Part shown: positions 28,583 to 39,488 of the stretch, piece by piece | Layout: each line of letters begins with the position of its first letter | Position numbering within the stretch: position 1 is the stretch's first letter | Assembly: GCA_013178415.1 (NCBI GenBank) | Contig: JABLXA010000003.1 | Location: 815-64,814, forward strand | Reading direction: 5' to 3' | DNA: 64,000 bases | Source: Bacillota bacterium | GTDB taxonomy: Bacteria; Bacillota; SHA-98; Ch115 | Program-made: the position numbers and the translations under genes | The notes under the pieces: generated by a model | The model's database searches: none | Seen by the model: the letters and a program-made list of their open reading frames with translations, nothing else | Told to the model about the DNA's origin: nothing

Positions 28583-29046
28583 TATTCTGACCGCACCCCA
28601 TTTACAGGAGGAATTGAATGCTCACCGCCGCTGCTATGCACGCATCGATCTCTATACCTAAATTGGCACAGCCTATGCCAACATCTAATTTGATAGTATC
28701 GCACCAGAAAGATTCTGACAAGCACGCATGAGGAGAAGGGTGTATAAGCTCTTTGTTACCTTGAAGATGAATTTATTGGTAACGTATTTGCTCGCGCCAT
28801 GCCAGTGACCTGGTGAGACAAGGCTGTCATAGGAGGCCTTGAATTTGAGGGAATAAGGAAGGCTATGGATATGGCGCAGCTGTGGACTTATGGATAATGC
28901 CTTGGGGTTATCCACAGGGTCCCCAGCTGATTGGACAACACTTCGCGTTGACCACATATCCACAGCGCCGACGACGCCGGTCTGATTTATTGAGAGACAG
29001 AGCAAAGGCGAGATCGAAAGAGCTAGTTTTGAGACATTAAGATAGG

Positions 29047-29547
29047 TGACGAATATGGCGTCACCGCTGAACGCAGACTGGCGAATGGCGAAACCATCGC
29101 CGGCCCTGCCCTCATCCTGGCCAGAATATCGCCAGCTTTGCCTTCAGCCTGGCCAGAATATCGCCAGCTTTGCCTTCAGCCTGATCGAAATATCGTCACC
29201 TTGACCCAATATATACCATAAAGTGTATTATACTGGATAATTATATCCTTGAATTTTCCAATTTGGACATGAGGTGGCGAAGATTTCGCCATCCGGGAAC
29301 GAAGACTGGCGGCATTGCCGCCACTTCTCAACGAAACCTGACGAAATTTCAGCCACCTGTAGATAACGCAGACCCAGGATCTCCCAAAATCGACTTGACC
29401 TGACGACCATTTCGCCATTTCTGAGAGGAGATTGCCGGAATTCTCGCCATCTTCACACAGGACCTGCCTAAAAACACGTCACCCCCGATTTGAGGTGGCG
29501 AGGAATTAGCCATGTCTGTCCAGAAAGTGATGGGATTTTCGCCAGCC
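29047..29547. repeat. tandem array of ~14 units (~32 bp) with a TGGCGA-N4-6-TCGCCA hairpin core (array B2), in two blocks
   Basis: For example tggccagaatatcgccagctttgccttcagcc repeated exactly twice; gaggtggcgaagatttcgccatcc; tgatgggattttcgccagcc. Confidence 0.8.
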
Positions 29548-29584
29548 CATACTTTTGGATAGACCCCCGTACCACCGCGGTAGC

Positions 29585-29680
29585 GCCATCGGAAAGGTGA
29601 AACCCCCCAAGGCGGGCGCCGCTGTCTTTTGGCTAGTCGTCCATGACGCCGGGGCGGCGCCAACGAGGGATGAAAATGGT
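29585..29680 (-). repeat. family A dispersed element, copy A4
   Basis: Reverse complement ccattttcatccctcgttggcgccgccccggcgtcatggacgactagcc aligns with copy A6. Confidence 0.6.
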
Positions 29681-30045
29681 AGCCGTCTATTCCCAGGGCA
29701 GTTTTCCGTTGGACATCCACGATATCAAAACTCATGGAAGGCACCGGGGACCTCTCAAATCCGCCGGAGACCCCAAGGGTACGCCAATGCTCGCTAATCC
29801 GATGCAGAATGCCTCATCTGACGCTAATCAAGCGGTCCCGGGCCGCCCGCCTGCAAGGCGCATAGATAAAGGCTTCATCTTACATCTTTCCTTTAAACTC
29901 CCTGTAAGATTCATCCTTCTTTCTTCTTTTCTTCAAGCTTTCTTCATAATCTCCTGATACAATGAAATTGGCGCGAGACACACTATGGCTGATTGGTGTG
30001 GCCAAGTGAACGCGCAAAGCATTTCAAGAAAGGAGTCAGGTATCA

Positions 30046-30630
30046 ATGAAGAGACTCATAGGTATTGGGCTAGCTCTGGTACTTATTGCCGGAACAGTCG
30101 GCATCGCAGCAGCGGCGGGAGGGCCGGGTTATGGCGGGCGAGGCGGCTTTGGCGCCGGAATCGGCGGCCAGCTCGGAGCCGGAATTAGCGCCGGAATCTG
30201 CAGGATGGCTTCGTATCTGGGGCTTTCTGACGAGCAACAGCAAAAGCTCCTCCAGCTCCGCCAGGATTTCATCAACAGGACCCAGGCTCTCAGGTTTGAG
30301 CTTCAGCGGAAGATGCTCGAGCTTCGCCAGTTGTGGGCAAAACAGCCTCTAGATCAGCAAGCGATCGCTAACAAGACTGCAGAGGTCACCTCGCTAAAAG
30401 TAAAGCTGGCTGAGGAAGCGCAATCACAGGCAGCGGCAGTGAGAAACGTCCTGACGCCTGAGCAGCAGAAGAAGCTGGACGAGGCGCAGGCTAACGCCCA
30501 GCAGTATGGGCCTGGATTCCGCGGCAGGGGTGGCAGAGGAGTCGGTCGCGGCATGATGGGCGGCGGAATGAGGGGCACAGGAATGGGCCTCGGACCCTGC
30601 GGAGCCTATGCCACAGGGAATGCGCAATAG
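30046..30630 (+). CDS. periplasmic Spy/CpxP-family (LTXXQ) stress protein with signal peptide and Gly-rich N-terminus
   Basis: Signal peptide MKRLIGIGLALVLIAGTVGIAAA; LSDEQQQKL and LTPEQQKKL LTXXQ motifs. Confidence 0.65.
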   Translation: MKRLIGIGLALVLIAGTVGIAAAAGGPGYGGRGGFGAGIGGQLGAGISAGICRMASYLGLSDEQQQKLLQLRQDFINRTQALRFELQRKMLELRQLWAKQPLDQQAIANKTAEVTSLKVKLAEEAQSQAAAVRNVLTPEQQKKLDEAQANAQQYGPGFRGRGGRGVGRGMMGGGMRGTGMGLGPCGAYATGNAQ

Positions 30631-30702
30631 CAAAATCCGTAGATCCTTATATATCCTGCATTGATACTGCGTAGATCAGATCTGTAAATCAGCTCTAACG
30701 AA

Positions 30703-30734
30703 TATTCAAAAAGGGGGGGCAATTCTAAACCCCC
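30703..30734. terminator. bidirectional rho-independent terminator between the CpxP-like and GAF genes
   Basis: ggggggg-caattctaaa-cccccc hairpin followed by ttccaatataatt. Confidence 0.6.
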
Positions 30735-30829
30735 CTTCCAATATAATTCCCCAGCCAAACCGGCATCGGCGACAGGCGGCGATATTATTTGGCATACTTG
30801 AAGCTTGATCAGAGCCCGCAGTCTCGATA

Positions 30830-31417
30830 TTATGTTGAGCTGTCTGGTGACGGCGAGAAAACGCCCAGCAAAGGATATTGGATAATGGCCGTAAACCGAC
30901 TCAACCCTTCGCCATCTGTCTCATCGAACCTATCTTGATATGGGCTGTCTATATCCAGAACTCCTACTAGCTTCCCTTCTGAGATGATAGGAATCACAAT
31001 TTCAGAACGGGACCGTGGATCGCATGCGATGTGCCCCGGGAATTTGTGAACATCGGGGACGATATAGACCTTCCGATCTCTAGCCGCAGCTCCGCAGACT
31101 CCTTTCCCCAGTGGAATTCTAGTGCAGGCAGGCCTACCCTGAAACGGTCCCAATACCAGCTCTATCCCCCTGCATTCGTCCGATTTAATCCTACCATATT
31201 TACCTTGATCCTCAGTGCTAACCGCAAGGTAAAACCCGGTCCAGTTTATCCTGGGAAGAACTGCATAAAGAAGTGCCGATAGATTGGCCATATTGGCTAG
31301 CCAGCTTGTTTCCCCATCTATGAGGGCTCTTGCGACCTTAATGAGCTCCTCATAGAAACCCCTCTTGTTTTCCGAATATAGCGCTGTCAGACCGGCAAAA
31401 GCTAGATCTCGATCCAC
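30830..31417 (-). CDS. GAF-domain protein, free methionine-(R)-sulfoxide reductase-like (fRMsr/MsrC)
   Basis: GKGVCGAAARDRKVYIVPDVHKFPGHIACDPRSRSEIVIPII...GVLDIDS matches the fRMsr active-site Cys pattern. Confidence 0.75.
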   Translation of the reverse strand: MDRDLAFAGLTALYSENKRGFYEELIKVARALIDGETSWLANMANLSALLYAVLPRINWTGFYLAVSTEDQGKYGRIKSDECRGIELVLGPFQGRPACTRIPLGKGVCGAAARDRKVYIVPDVHKFPGHIACDPRSRSEIVIPIISEGKLVGVLDIDSPYQDRFDETDGEGLSRFTAIIQYPLLGVFSPSPDSST

Positions 31418-31519
31418 CTGAACATCTCTCTCCTAATAGACCCCGCACCGGAGGCATACATTACCTACCGATAGCCGGGCGCGCCCTTCTAACCCGAAAA
31501 TACCGGGATGGCAGCCCAG

Positions 31520-31650
31520 GAATTTTCATCCTTCTGATGGTATCGCTGCAGCGGCATAGAGGGCTACTTCGAAAATAGCTGAGCGCCATTTTCATTTTTC
31601 GTTGGTACCGCCCCGGCGGCATGGAGGGCTACCCCGAAAACTAGCGCCCC
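31520..31650 (+). repeat. family A dispersed element, two tandem copies (A5, A6)
   Basis: ggaattttcatccttctgatggtatcgctgcagcggcatagagggctacttcgaaaatagc; gccattttcatttttcgttggtaccgccccggcggcatggagggctaccccgaaaactagc. Confidence 0.7.
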
Positions 31651-31775
31651 ACGTCATCCCTACTCTAATAGCCAGACTCACGCGCCATTCTATGCCGGTA
31701 ACCGGAGCTATATGCCATGCCCGGTAATCGGAGCCATATGCTATGTAACGCCGGCAATTTGACCCATATGCCATC

Positions 31776-32741
31776 CTATGCCGATAGCCGGAAAATCGGC
31801 TTGAGTCCCTTCGCCTTTTCCCTCAGAAATTCAACTTCCACCTCACTAAGTGGTTTGAATTTCTCCCCTACATCAAGGGCAAGCCTGAATAGGCCCATAT
31901 CTCCGGGGGGAATAGCCAGGGTCACAGGCTGGGATAGGGTAAACCGCAAAGCTAACGCCGCAAGAGCCGGATCAGTAACGGGCTCATACCAGCATTTTTC
32001 GCGAACACGCGGGTGTCCCTCAGGTATGAGCGTTTTCGCTAAAGCTTTGATGGCGGGCCGCCCCATATTCTTGGCCTGAGCGCGTTCCAATACCTGAGGC
32101 CCGAAGTTGGCGTTGAAATAGTTCACCCAATTTATTGGAAAGAGAACTGAATCAAAGTCGAACGCATCAATCAGTTTCAGCGCGATCTCAGCTGAATGCG
32201 CTGAAAACCCCAGGAATCTCACCAGGCCTTTCTCTCGCGCCTCGATGAACGCCTCAATCGCACCGCCCGGGCCCATGGCGGTTTCAAAATCCTGTTCGGT
32301 GGTCATTCCGTGAAGCTGATAAAGATCAAAATGGTCTGTCTTGAGTTTCCGCAGAGATTCATGAAGCTGGGCTTCCGCCCCCTTCTTCGTTCTCTCGCCC
32401 GTCTTGCAGGCAAGGAATATCTGATCCCTCTTATGCTCTATCGCGGGCCCTAGCCGGTCCTCAGCATCTCCATAGGATGGAGCAACATCAAAGTAGTTGA
32501 TGCCACGATCAATGGCCTCAGCTACAATATTGTTCGCCTCATTCTGCTCGAGATTCATGACTACTATGCCGCCAAAGCCAATAATGGAAACACTCTCACC
32601 CGTCCTGCCGAAAATTCTTCTTTCCACCTTGTCTCCCTCCCATAGTTCAAGAATTGGGATCTCATTACATGGAGTAATCAAGCCCAAAGCCCGATAACCA
32701 TACTCGCCCCCGACCGCCGGACGCATCGCAATACGACGCAT
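31776..32741 (-). CDS. aldo/keto reductase family oxidoreductase
   Basis: GINYFDVAPSYGDAEDRLG, the AKR catalytic-tetrad region (D...Y...K...H); 321 aa. Confidence 0.85.
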   Translation of the reverse strand: MRRIAMRPAVGGEYGYRALGLITPCNEIPILELWEGDKVERRIFGRTGESVSIIGFGGIVVMNLEQNEANNIVAEAIDRGINYFDVAPSYGDAEDRLGPAIEHKRDQIFLACKTGERTKKGAEAQLHESLRKLKTDHFDLYQLHGMTTEQDFETAMGPGGAIEAFIEAREKGLVRFLGFSAHSAEIALKLIDAFDFDSVLFPINWVNYFNANFGPQVLERAQAKNMGRPAIKALAKTLIPEGHPRVREKCWYEPVTDPALAALALRFTLSQPVTLAIPPGDMGLFRLALDVGEKFKPLSEVEVEFLREKAKGLKPIFRLSA

Positions 32742-33368
32742 GATTTGGATTCGAGCTTGTTAATTTATTATTGCACAACATTGGCTTCAACGCCATACAA
32801 ATGGATAATCTCTTTTGTCATATCTCGCCCTTCAAGGCGTTGAACCTATGGCGAGATTATCGGAGATTCTCCTCCCATCGCTTGTGATAATCATCATCCT
32901 ACTTATCATATTATCCTTCGTGACGCCCGGCCTTACCCATCTGGAGAATCTACTTCCTACATCGGAAAGAGGGATCGGGCAGTTATAGCTGTAACCGTAA
33001 TCATATTCGCGATCTTTGTGAGAAATGCAGTCGTCTTTGGGGTGACGGAAGGCCAGCGGCTTGATTTCCTTAACCTCGCCTCTATTCAGCAAGTACGTCT
33101 TGGCGACTTCTTTTCGAGAGAGCCTTCATTGGCCCATACCCCGGCACAGGATGGGATCTCGCCATAGATACTCCCATCTTCCGGAAACCTATACCGAGCC
33201 TCATGCATCGCCACTGAAACGAAAGCACTCAAAATGGCCACAACGAGCACCTCCCATCGTTATTACCTGAACTAGATCAGACCGGCGTTGTACGATCGGG
33301 GCAATTCGGGGGGTTTACAGAAAACGAAGTTTCAGTTAAAATATGAGTGTCCGACAGAATAAGAATGT

Positions 33369-33456
33369 GCCGAAGTGGCGGAACTGGCAGACGCACGCGA
33401 CTCAAAATCGCGCGGAGTGACCCTCCATGGGGGTTCGATTCCCCCCTTCGGCACCA
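33369..33456 (+). tRNA. tRNA-Leu (anticodon CAA) with long variable arm and encoded CCA
   Basis: Acceptor GCCGAAG/CTTCGGC; anticodon stem CGCGA/TCGCG with loop CTCAAAA; long extra arm; TpsiC GGTTCGATTCC; 3' CCA. Confidence 0.85.
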
Positions 33457-33526
33457 AATATGTACAAAGGCTTATTTGGTGCGGGTTTGAAGGATTCCAA
33501 GAGGGCACCTGCTAATCATTTGCTAA

Positions 33527-34072
33527 TCAGTGTATATTGAGGATGTCGCCCATGACTTGGGCGGCTTCTCTTTGCATGGTAGGCGTCACATGCGAATACC
33601 GATCAAGCGTCATGCTGATGTTGGAATGGCCCAATCTTTCCTGTACGATTTTCGGGTGCATCCCGCGGGCAAGTAAGAGCGTGGCGCATGTATGACGCAG
33701 GTTATGGAAGCGGATCTTCTTGACTCCAGAAGCCTCTATTAGCTGGGCGAACTCCCTCTGCCCAAAGTTGTTCATCTGGAGGGGTTCCCCCGTCTCCTTA
33801 GCAAACACGAATCCAAGGTTACGGTACACTACACCTAGCTTGAGGCGCTGCTGATTCTGTTCAGCCTTATGGCGTGCCAGGAGCCTCGCTAGTGCTGGTG
33901 ATATGGCAATCGCCCTGCCCCTGCCGGTCTTTGGCGTGCCCATTGTCGATACCGGCGTAAAATGACATTGATATATGCGGCATTTCCGATTGAAGGTGAC
34001 GTGCCTGCGGTAGTTGAAAATCCAGCATCGATTCCTCTTTCCAGGCCATCTCGAAATCTTCACATTTACCAT
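33527..34072 (-). pseudogene. tyrosine recombinase (phage integrase) remnant, C-terminal catalytic domain only
   Basis: FHNLRHTCATLL and LGHSNISMTLDRYSHV (R-H-R-Y catalytic residues) in the last ~130 aa; the N-terminal 50 aa of the ORF are non-homologous; immediately 3' of tRNA-Leu. Confidence 0.7.
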
Positions 34073-34095
34073 TGCTCATGGGTGATAACACTTGC

Positions 34096-34578
34096 TCAGC
34101 CCTTGATATGCTGTAACACTGCAGCAACCTCCGGACGCGACAGGTTCCTGGCCTCAATCAGCATATTTTGAACCCCCGGTTCAGGAAACAGAGAGAGTGC
34201 CATCTGTTTCCCGGATATCAGCGTGCGCCTTCCGAAGGCCTGACCCAGCACGCTTTCTGTAACACTGATGTCCTTCAGCCGGGAACTCAGGTAAGCCTGG
34301 CACTCCCCGGCGTCATTGGCACTCCTGGGTATGAAGAAACCATATGGCGGATGCGATGCGATCGGATAACCTTGGCGCCTTAGTTTCGCGATGGTGGCCC
34401 GCACCTCGCGCTCGCTTATACCTGTCAGCCCGGCGAGCTGACGGGCGGTCAGGACCTCACCTGGATTTTTGAAATCTTTCAAAAATCTCCATATTTTCTT
34501 TTGATAAGCAATCATAACGTTTTGTTTCCTCTCATCATCACGCCGATTCGTGGACACTATAGTAGAGGGGTGTACCAT
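34096..34578 (-). CDS. hypothetical HTH-domain protein (mobile-element associated?)
   Basis: LTARQLAGLTGISEREVRATIAKLRRQGYPIAS is helix-turn-helix-like; adjacent to the integrase remnant. Confidence 0.35.
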   Translation of the reverse strand: MVHPSTIVSTNRRDDERKQNVMIAYQKKIWRFLKDFKNPGEVLTARQLAGLTGISEREVRATIAKLRRQGYPIASHPPYGFFIPRSANDAGECQAYLSSRLKDISVTESVLGQAFGRRTLISGKQMALSLFPEPGVQNMLIEARNLSRPEVAAVLQHIKG

Positions 34579-34916
34579 ATGAATGCTAAAACCACAAGTT
34601 GGATTACCATCGGCCTTGGGGCCGTTGTTTCAGCTATCGGTCAAGCTATGAGACCCAGCGAATTCGGAGCCGGAGTGCTGGGTTTCGGGCTTGCCCATGT
34701 TGTCCTGGGCGCCCTTGATATGCTGAGGCCGACGGTACGGCAACAATCCTGAATCTCATGTACCTACTCCATCTAGGCTGCCGGCGAACAACCGGCAGCT
34801 GCCCGTTTGCTCGAGTTCTTTGGCTAAATCATCATGCGGGACGCTATAATCGCAAATGATCTCCAGAACCTCCAGGAACGCCGCTCTCCAATCCTGTGTC
34901 ATGCCCTTCTTTCGGA

Positions 34917-36053
34917 TCAAGCGCCCAGGAGATTGGCTGCTTCTGCTCTTTCCTCCAGGGACATGCCAAGGGATTTGTAAAATTTCGCTACGGCTACGTT
35001 GTAATCAAACATCGCCTGGAGATAGGCTGTTTCTGCCTGGTAGACCCCTCTCTGGGCGTCTGCAAGATCCATCGCTGTTATAACGCCAGCATCATAGCGC
35101 GCCTTGGCAATACGAAGGCTCTCCCTAGCTTTCTCCAGGGACTTCTCTTGCAGTGGAACCTGCCTTTCAGCATCCTTGAGACTTTCGAAGTTTTGTCTAA
35201 TCTCGAGGATAATATTCGCCTTCACATTCTCTAGATCCACCTGCGCAGATTCCAGACCGATTCTGGACTTCTCGAGGACAAGAGGCGGAGTGAAATCGTT
35301 ATTGTATACCTCAATTTCCTTCTGCCTTTGAGTTATCGCATCTTCGGCCCTCTTGATCTCAAGTCTATGAGAGAGTCCATATTGGATGGCCTTATCTAGA
35401 GCTATTGGCATAGGTTTGTATGAAAATTGACTTGTGAGCTTTATCGGAATATCAAGTGCAAGTCCTAAGCCATTGTTGAATTTCATTTTGGCAAGCGCAA
35501 GATTCGCTTGAGCCTTACTTAGATCAGCCTCTGCGCTGGCAACCTCGGTCTCTGCCGAGATCACATCGATCTGAGCCACCATGCCCAACTTGAGCTTGCT
35601 CTGCGCAGTCTTGAGCTGGTCTTTTGCCCGATCCAGATTCTCTTGGGCAAGGGTCAGCGCCCGTTCGGCCTTTAGCACGTCATAATATGACTGTTCCACC
35701 TGCATGGCTATATCTGCTTTCGCGATTTCAAAATTTCTTTGAGCGACAAGCCATGCATTCTCTATCGACAAAGAAGTGAGGACTGAAGGCTTCAGGAGCT
35801 GGTCGGCCATGGATTGCTTGTAAGATATCTCTGCGTCTTTGAGTTCAAGGGAGGCGGACTTCATGCTGCCAGCCTGTTGGAGAGCGAGATTCACGGCATC
35901 CTGCAAGGTTAAAGTCTTCTCCTGTTGTCTAGGATTTTGCGGCTTGTCTTGGGCGAGACAAGGGGTCATGAATATGCTAAGGCTTATTGATACTAGAAAA
36001 AGAGCATAGATCAACTTGAAGTTACGTGGCACGCGAAACCATGATTTTGACAT
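34917..36053 (-). CDS. TolC-family outer membrane efflux protein (short paralogue)
   Basis: Signal peptide, then LTLQDAVNLALQ... and a repeated coiled-coil OEP architecture; 378 aa. Confidence 0.75.
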   Translation of the reverse strand: MSKSWFRVPRNFKLIYALFLVSISLSIFMTPCLAQDKPQNPRQQEKTLTLQDAVNLALQQAGSMKSASLELKDAEISYKQSMADQLLKPSVLTSLSIENAWLVAQRNFEIAKADIAMQVEQSYYDVLKAERALTLAQENLDRAKDQLKTAQSKLKLGMVAQIDVISAETEVASAEADLSKAQANLALAKMKFNNGLGLALDIPIKLTSQFSYKPMPIALDKAIQYGLSHRLEIKRAEDAITQRQKEIEVYNNDFTPPLVLEKSRIGLESAQVDLENVKANIILEIRQNFESLKDAERQVPLQEKSLEKARESLRIAKARYDAGVITAMDLADAQRGVYQAETAYLQAMFDYNVAVAKFYKSLGMSLEERAEAANLLGA

Positions 36054-36084
36054 TATCTTAACACCTCCGGTTATAGGTCACTAG

Positions 36085-37296
36085 TTATTCATAACGCAAT
36101 GCTGTTATTGGGCTAAGATGACTTGCGCGCCGAGCTGGGTAGATGCCGAAGAATAGCCCTACCCCTATAGAAACGCCCAATGCTATGGCTATAGAGGATA
36201 GAGATACTGTCGTCGTCCAACTAGAGAACCGCGCGATCAGCCTGGCTAGTCCCGCCCCGGCAAGAATCCCGACAATCCCCCCTACCCCGCTCAGCGTCGA
36301 GGATTCGATCATAAACTGGATGAGAATATCCCTGGGTCTGGCTCCGACGGCTTTTCGGAGGCCTATCTCCCGTGTTCGTTCGGCCACGGAAACAAGCATT
36401 ATGTTCATTATGCCTATGCCGCCGACAAGCAGCGAAATGCCAGTTATGGCTCCCAAGAGCAAAGTGAATGTGCCGGTTACACTCTCAATGGTATTGAGAA
36501 TATCCTGTTGATTTGTGATCGTAAATTTCTCTGGGTCTTTCAACTTACGAAGGAAAAATCTATAGAGCTGATCGTACACGATATTGGTGTTCCTGTTCGA
36601 TGAAGCCTGAACAGTGATACTCTGCAAGTAGCGGTTTCCAATAAGCCGCGTCTGGGCGGTTGTGATTGGCACAAAGACCTGATCTCCGAGGTCCCTACCT
36701 CCCATAGTCTTGCTTTCCATCACTCCAATGACCCTGAAATTCACGTTTCCTATGCGGATGATATTGTTGAGTGCCGCCCCAACCGCCCCAAAGAGATCCT
36801 CGGCAGCTGTGCTCCCCAGGACAGCAACGCTTGTCACCTGATCCAGGTCATATTGAGAAAAGAATCGGCCGAGCTGAACATGGAAATTATGGGCATCGCA
36901 GTATTCGGGGGTCGTCCCGATCACCATAGTTGTAGTGCTGTTTTTGCCGTACCTTATGACTTTTCTAGTTGAAGATTCCGCCAGAATGGCTGTGGCGCCG
37001 AACAGCGTCTCCTGCTTCAGCTCCAGAAAATGCGAATAAGTCAGGATATTGAAACCGCCGCGGGCGCCAAAAGCCATACCTGGGAGGGCCCTCATACGGC
37101 CCGGCGTGACGGTCACAAGGTTCGATCCAAGGTTACCGATTTGTGATGTCACCTGAGTGCGGGCGCCTTCCCCGACTGATACCATGGCTACGACTGACGC
37201 CACGCCGATGATCACTCCAAGCATCGTAAGAAAGGATCGGAGTTTATTGCTATTTAAGCTTGATATGGCGGTCATGAAACTTTCCGCAAGGTTCAC
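36085..37296 (-). CDS. ABC transporter permease, MacB/FtsX family
   Basis: N-terminal TM segment, large periplasmic domain, C-terminal FtsX 3-TM bundle ([31 protein letters not shown]). Confidence 0.85.
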   Translation of the reverse strand: MNLAESFMTAISSLNSNKLRSFLTMLGVIIGVASVVAMVSVGEGARTQVTSQIGNLGSNLVTVTPGRMRALPGMAFGARGGFNILTYSHFLELKQETLFGATAILAESSTRKVIRYGKNSTTTMVIGTTPEYCDAHNFHVQLGRFFSQYDLDQVTSVAVLGSTAAEDLFGAVGAALNNIIRIGNVNFRVIGVMESKTMGGRDLGDQVFVPITTAQTRLIGNRYLQSITVQASSNRNTNIVYDQLYRFFLRKLKDPEKFTITNQQDILNTIESVTGTFTLLLGAITGISLLVGGIGIMNIMLVSVAERTREIGLRKAVGARPRDILIQFMIESSTLSGVGGIVGILAGAGLARLIARFSSWTTTVSLSSIAIALGVSIGVGLFFGIYPARRASHLSPITALRYE

Positions 37297-38129
37297 AGCA
37301 CTGCCATCTCCTTGCCTGCACCCCTCGACGCCGCTTCAGAATCTATGACGCCTTGTCCGGTATTTTCATTTTTCTTATGTTCGAGCAAATACCTGGCCGC
37401 ATCAAGGGGTGATTCTACGTATTCGTTCGATAATAGAAGACCATCTCTAAAGTGAAGTATTCTTCGCGCATGGAGGGCTATGTCTCGCTCATGGGTGACC
37501 AATATGATGGTTTTTCCCTGCCGGTTGAGGTCTTGAAATATCTGCATGATCTCCTCCCCCGAGCTTGTATCAAGGTTGCCCGTAGGCTCGTCAGCAAGAA
37601 TTATTGACGGTTCATTGACCAGGGCCCTGGCAATAGCCACCCTCTGAGCTTGCCCTCCAGAAAGCTGGTTTGGCCGGTGGTGCATCCTCCCTTCCAGACC
37701 CACCCTCTTAAGGGCCGTAGTGGCAATCATCCTGCGCCTGGCGCGGGGCACCCCTGAATAAACAAGAGGTAGCTCAACATTCTGCAGAGCCGTCAGCCTG
37801 GGCAACAAGTTGAATGTTTGAAAGACAAACCCTATCTTATGGGTCCTTATGACTGCTAACTGGTTTTCATTGAGGCACGAAACCTCCTGCCCATCAAGCT
37901 GGTAGCTGCCGCTGGTCGGCACATCAAGACACCCCAGGATGTTCATCAATGTTGATTTGCCGGATCCAGATGGCCCCATTATGGCGACAAACTCGCCTTG
38001 ATGTATGGAAAACGATACACCCCGCAGCGCGTTGACCTCGACTCCATCCATCTTGTATTTCTTGATCAGATTCTTGACCTCGATGACAGGAATCTGCTTT
38101 ACCTTTTCCTCCAACTTATATCCCACCAC
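37293..38129 (-). CDS. ABC transporter ATP-binding protein (MacB/LolD-type)
   Basis: Walker [11 protein letters not shown]; signature [15 protein letters not shown]; Walker [12 protein letters not shown]; 4-nt overlap with the permease. Confidence 0.9.
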   Translation of the reverse strand: MVGYKLEEKVKQIPVIEVKNLIKKYKMDGVEVNALRGVSFSIHQGEFVAIMGPSGSGKSTLMNILGCLDVPTSGSYQLDGQEVSCLNENQLAVIRTHKIGFVFQTFNLLPRLTALQNVELPLVYSGVPRARRRMIATTALKRVGLEGRMHHRPNQLSGGQAQRVAIARALVNEPSIILADEPTGNLDTSSGEEIMQIFQDLNRQGKTIILVTHERDIALHARRILHFRDGLLLSNEYVESPLDAARYLLEHKKNENTGQGVIDSEAASRGAGKEMAVL

Positions 38130-38136
38130 CTTATAC

Positions 38137-39483
38137 TCAATGGCGTGGCACTCCCATATTTATCCTAAATTGATTTCCGGATGGCACCCTGGTGCCGGAA
38201 AATGATCTGAATGGGGCTCTGGTATCTGAATATCCTGAAGGTGTCATTTGTTGAGCTGTCTCCCTGATCAAGACGCGATCTTCTTCAGAAAGCCCATCCA
38301 CTATTTCGACAAATGAATCATTCCTCAGACCCACCTTGACATTCCTGGGAACTGGCCCATCTTGACCGGCCACCAGGACAATAGTCCGGCCATACCTTTC
38401 CTGGAGAGCGTCAACGGGAAGGACCAGGACATCCTTCTTAGATTGCAGGATAACTGTGACATCGGCTGTCATCCCTCCTCTGAGTTTTCCATCAGGGTTA
38501 GGAATGTCAGCAGTCACTTCATAGGTGACTATATTATCTCTGATTTGTCCTTCATATCCGACTGAGCTGACCTTTCCATGGAATCTCTGTCCGGGCAGAG
38601 CATCAAGGGTTATCGCCACCTGCTGTCCAGGGACTATCTTGGGCATATCGATCTCGTTCACCGGAATCACAGCCTTCATTTTGGTGAGATCCGCGAGTGT
38701 CACCAGGGTGGCGCCCTGTTTGACAACATCGCCCTCTTGCACCGCTACATCCGTTATAGTCCCGTCTATGGGAGCAACGACTGTCAGAGAATCCATCTGT
38801 CTTTTTATGGAAGCGAGATTTGCTTCGGCCTGAGCTAATTCTGCTCTCGCCACCTCGACATCTTCTTTCTTCGGCCCGCTGCGCGCAGAATCAAGTTTTT
38901 CCTTCGCAGCGATGAACTGTTGTTCGGCCAGTTTCACCCTAGACCGGCTATCCTGGAATTGCTGCTCTGAGATAGCGCCATTATGAAATAGCGCCTCATC
39001 GCGGGCCAGCTGTTTCTTGGCATCATCGAGGGATATGCGAGCCTGCTCATAGGAAGTCTCCATTTGCGCGACATCGGATGCATCGGGGCCCGCAAGGAGC
39101 TTATTGAGCTTGGCCCGGGCAGAAAGGACTCCGGCCTCTGCCTGCTTGAGTATGACAGGGAGGTCCCCAGGATCGATCTTCACTATTCGCTGACCCTTCT
39201 TTACCAGTTCCCCTTGTTTTACAAATATTCTCTCCACCTTTCCATCAACTTCGGGCTTGACTTCGACCCGGAGGTATGGTTCGAGATTGCCAAGGGCGGA
39301 AATTGACTCGGTTATTTCACCTATATGAGGGTTGACCTCCTGAAATCTGGCCTGCAACGCCTGATTGTCACGGGCGCCACGGACTCTCTGCCATCCGAAG
39401 ATTCCGGAGACTATGCCCACCAACGCTATCAAGGAAACGACCATTACCACCCTTCTGCGGGGGATGGATGCCATGAGACTCAT
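38137..39483 (-). CDS. HlyD/MacA-family periplasmic adaptor (membrane fusion protein)
   Basis: N-terminal TM segment, long coiled-coil, beta-barrel/lipoyl motifs ([23 protein letters not shown]). Confidence 0.85.
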   Translation of the reverse strand: MSLMASIPRRRVVMVVSLIALVGIVSGIFGWQRVRGARDNQALQARFQEVNPHIGEITESISALGNLEPYLRVEVKPEVDGKVERIFVKQGELVKKGQRIVKIDPGDLPVILKQAEAGVLSARAKLNKLLAGPDASDVAQMETSYEQARISLDDAKKQLARDEALFHNGAISEQQFQDSRSRVKLAEQQFIAAKEKLDSARSGPKKEDVEVARAELAQAEANLASIKRQMDSLTVVAPIDGTITDVAVQEGDVVKQGATLVTLADLTKMKAVIPVNEIDMPKIVPGQQVAITLDALPGQRFHGKVSSVGYEGQIRDNIVTYEVTADIPNPDGKLRGGMTADVTVILQSKKDVLVLPVDALQERYGRTIVLVAGQDGPVPRNVKVGLRNDSFVEIVDGLSEEDRVLIRETAQQMTPSGYSDTRAPFRSFSGTRVPSGNQFRINMGVPRH

Positions 39484-39488
39484 CCTTT

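Noticed and set aside
34501-34752. 83-aa ORF (possible 57-aa two-TM micro-protein from the internal Met)
   Set aside because: There is no RBS or conservation evidence. It is kept only as a possibility.
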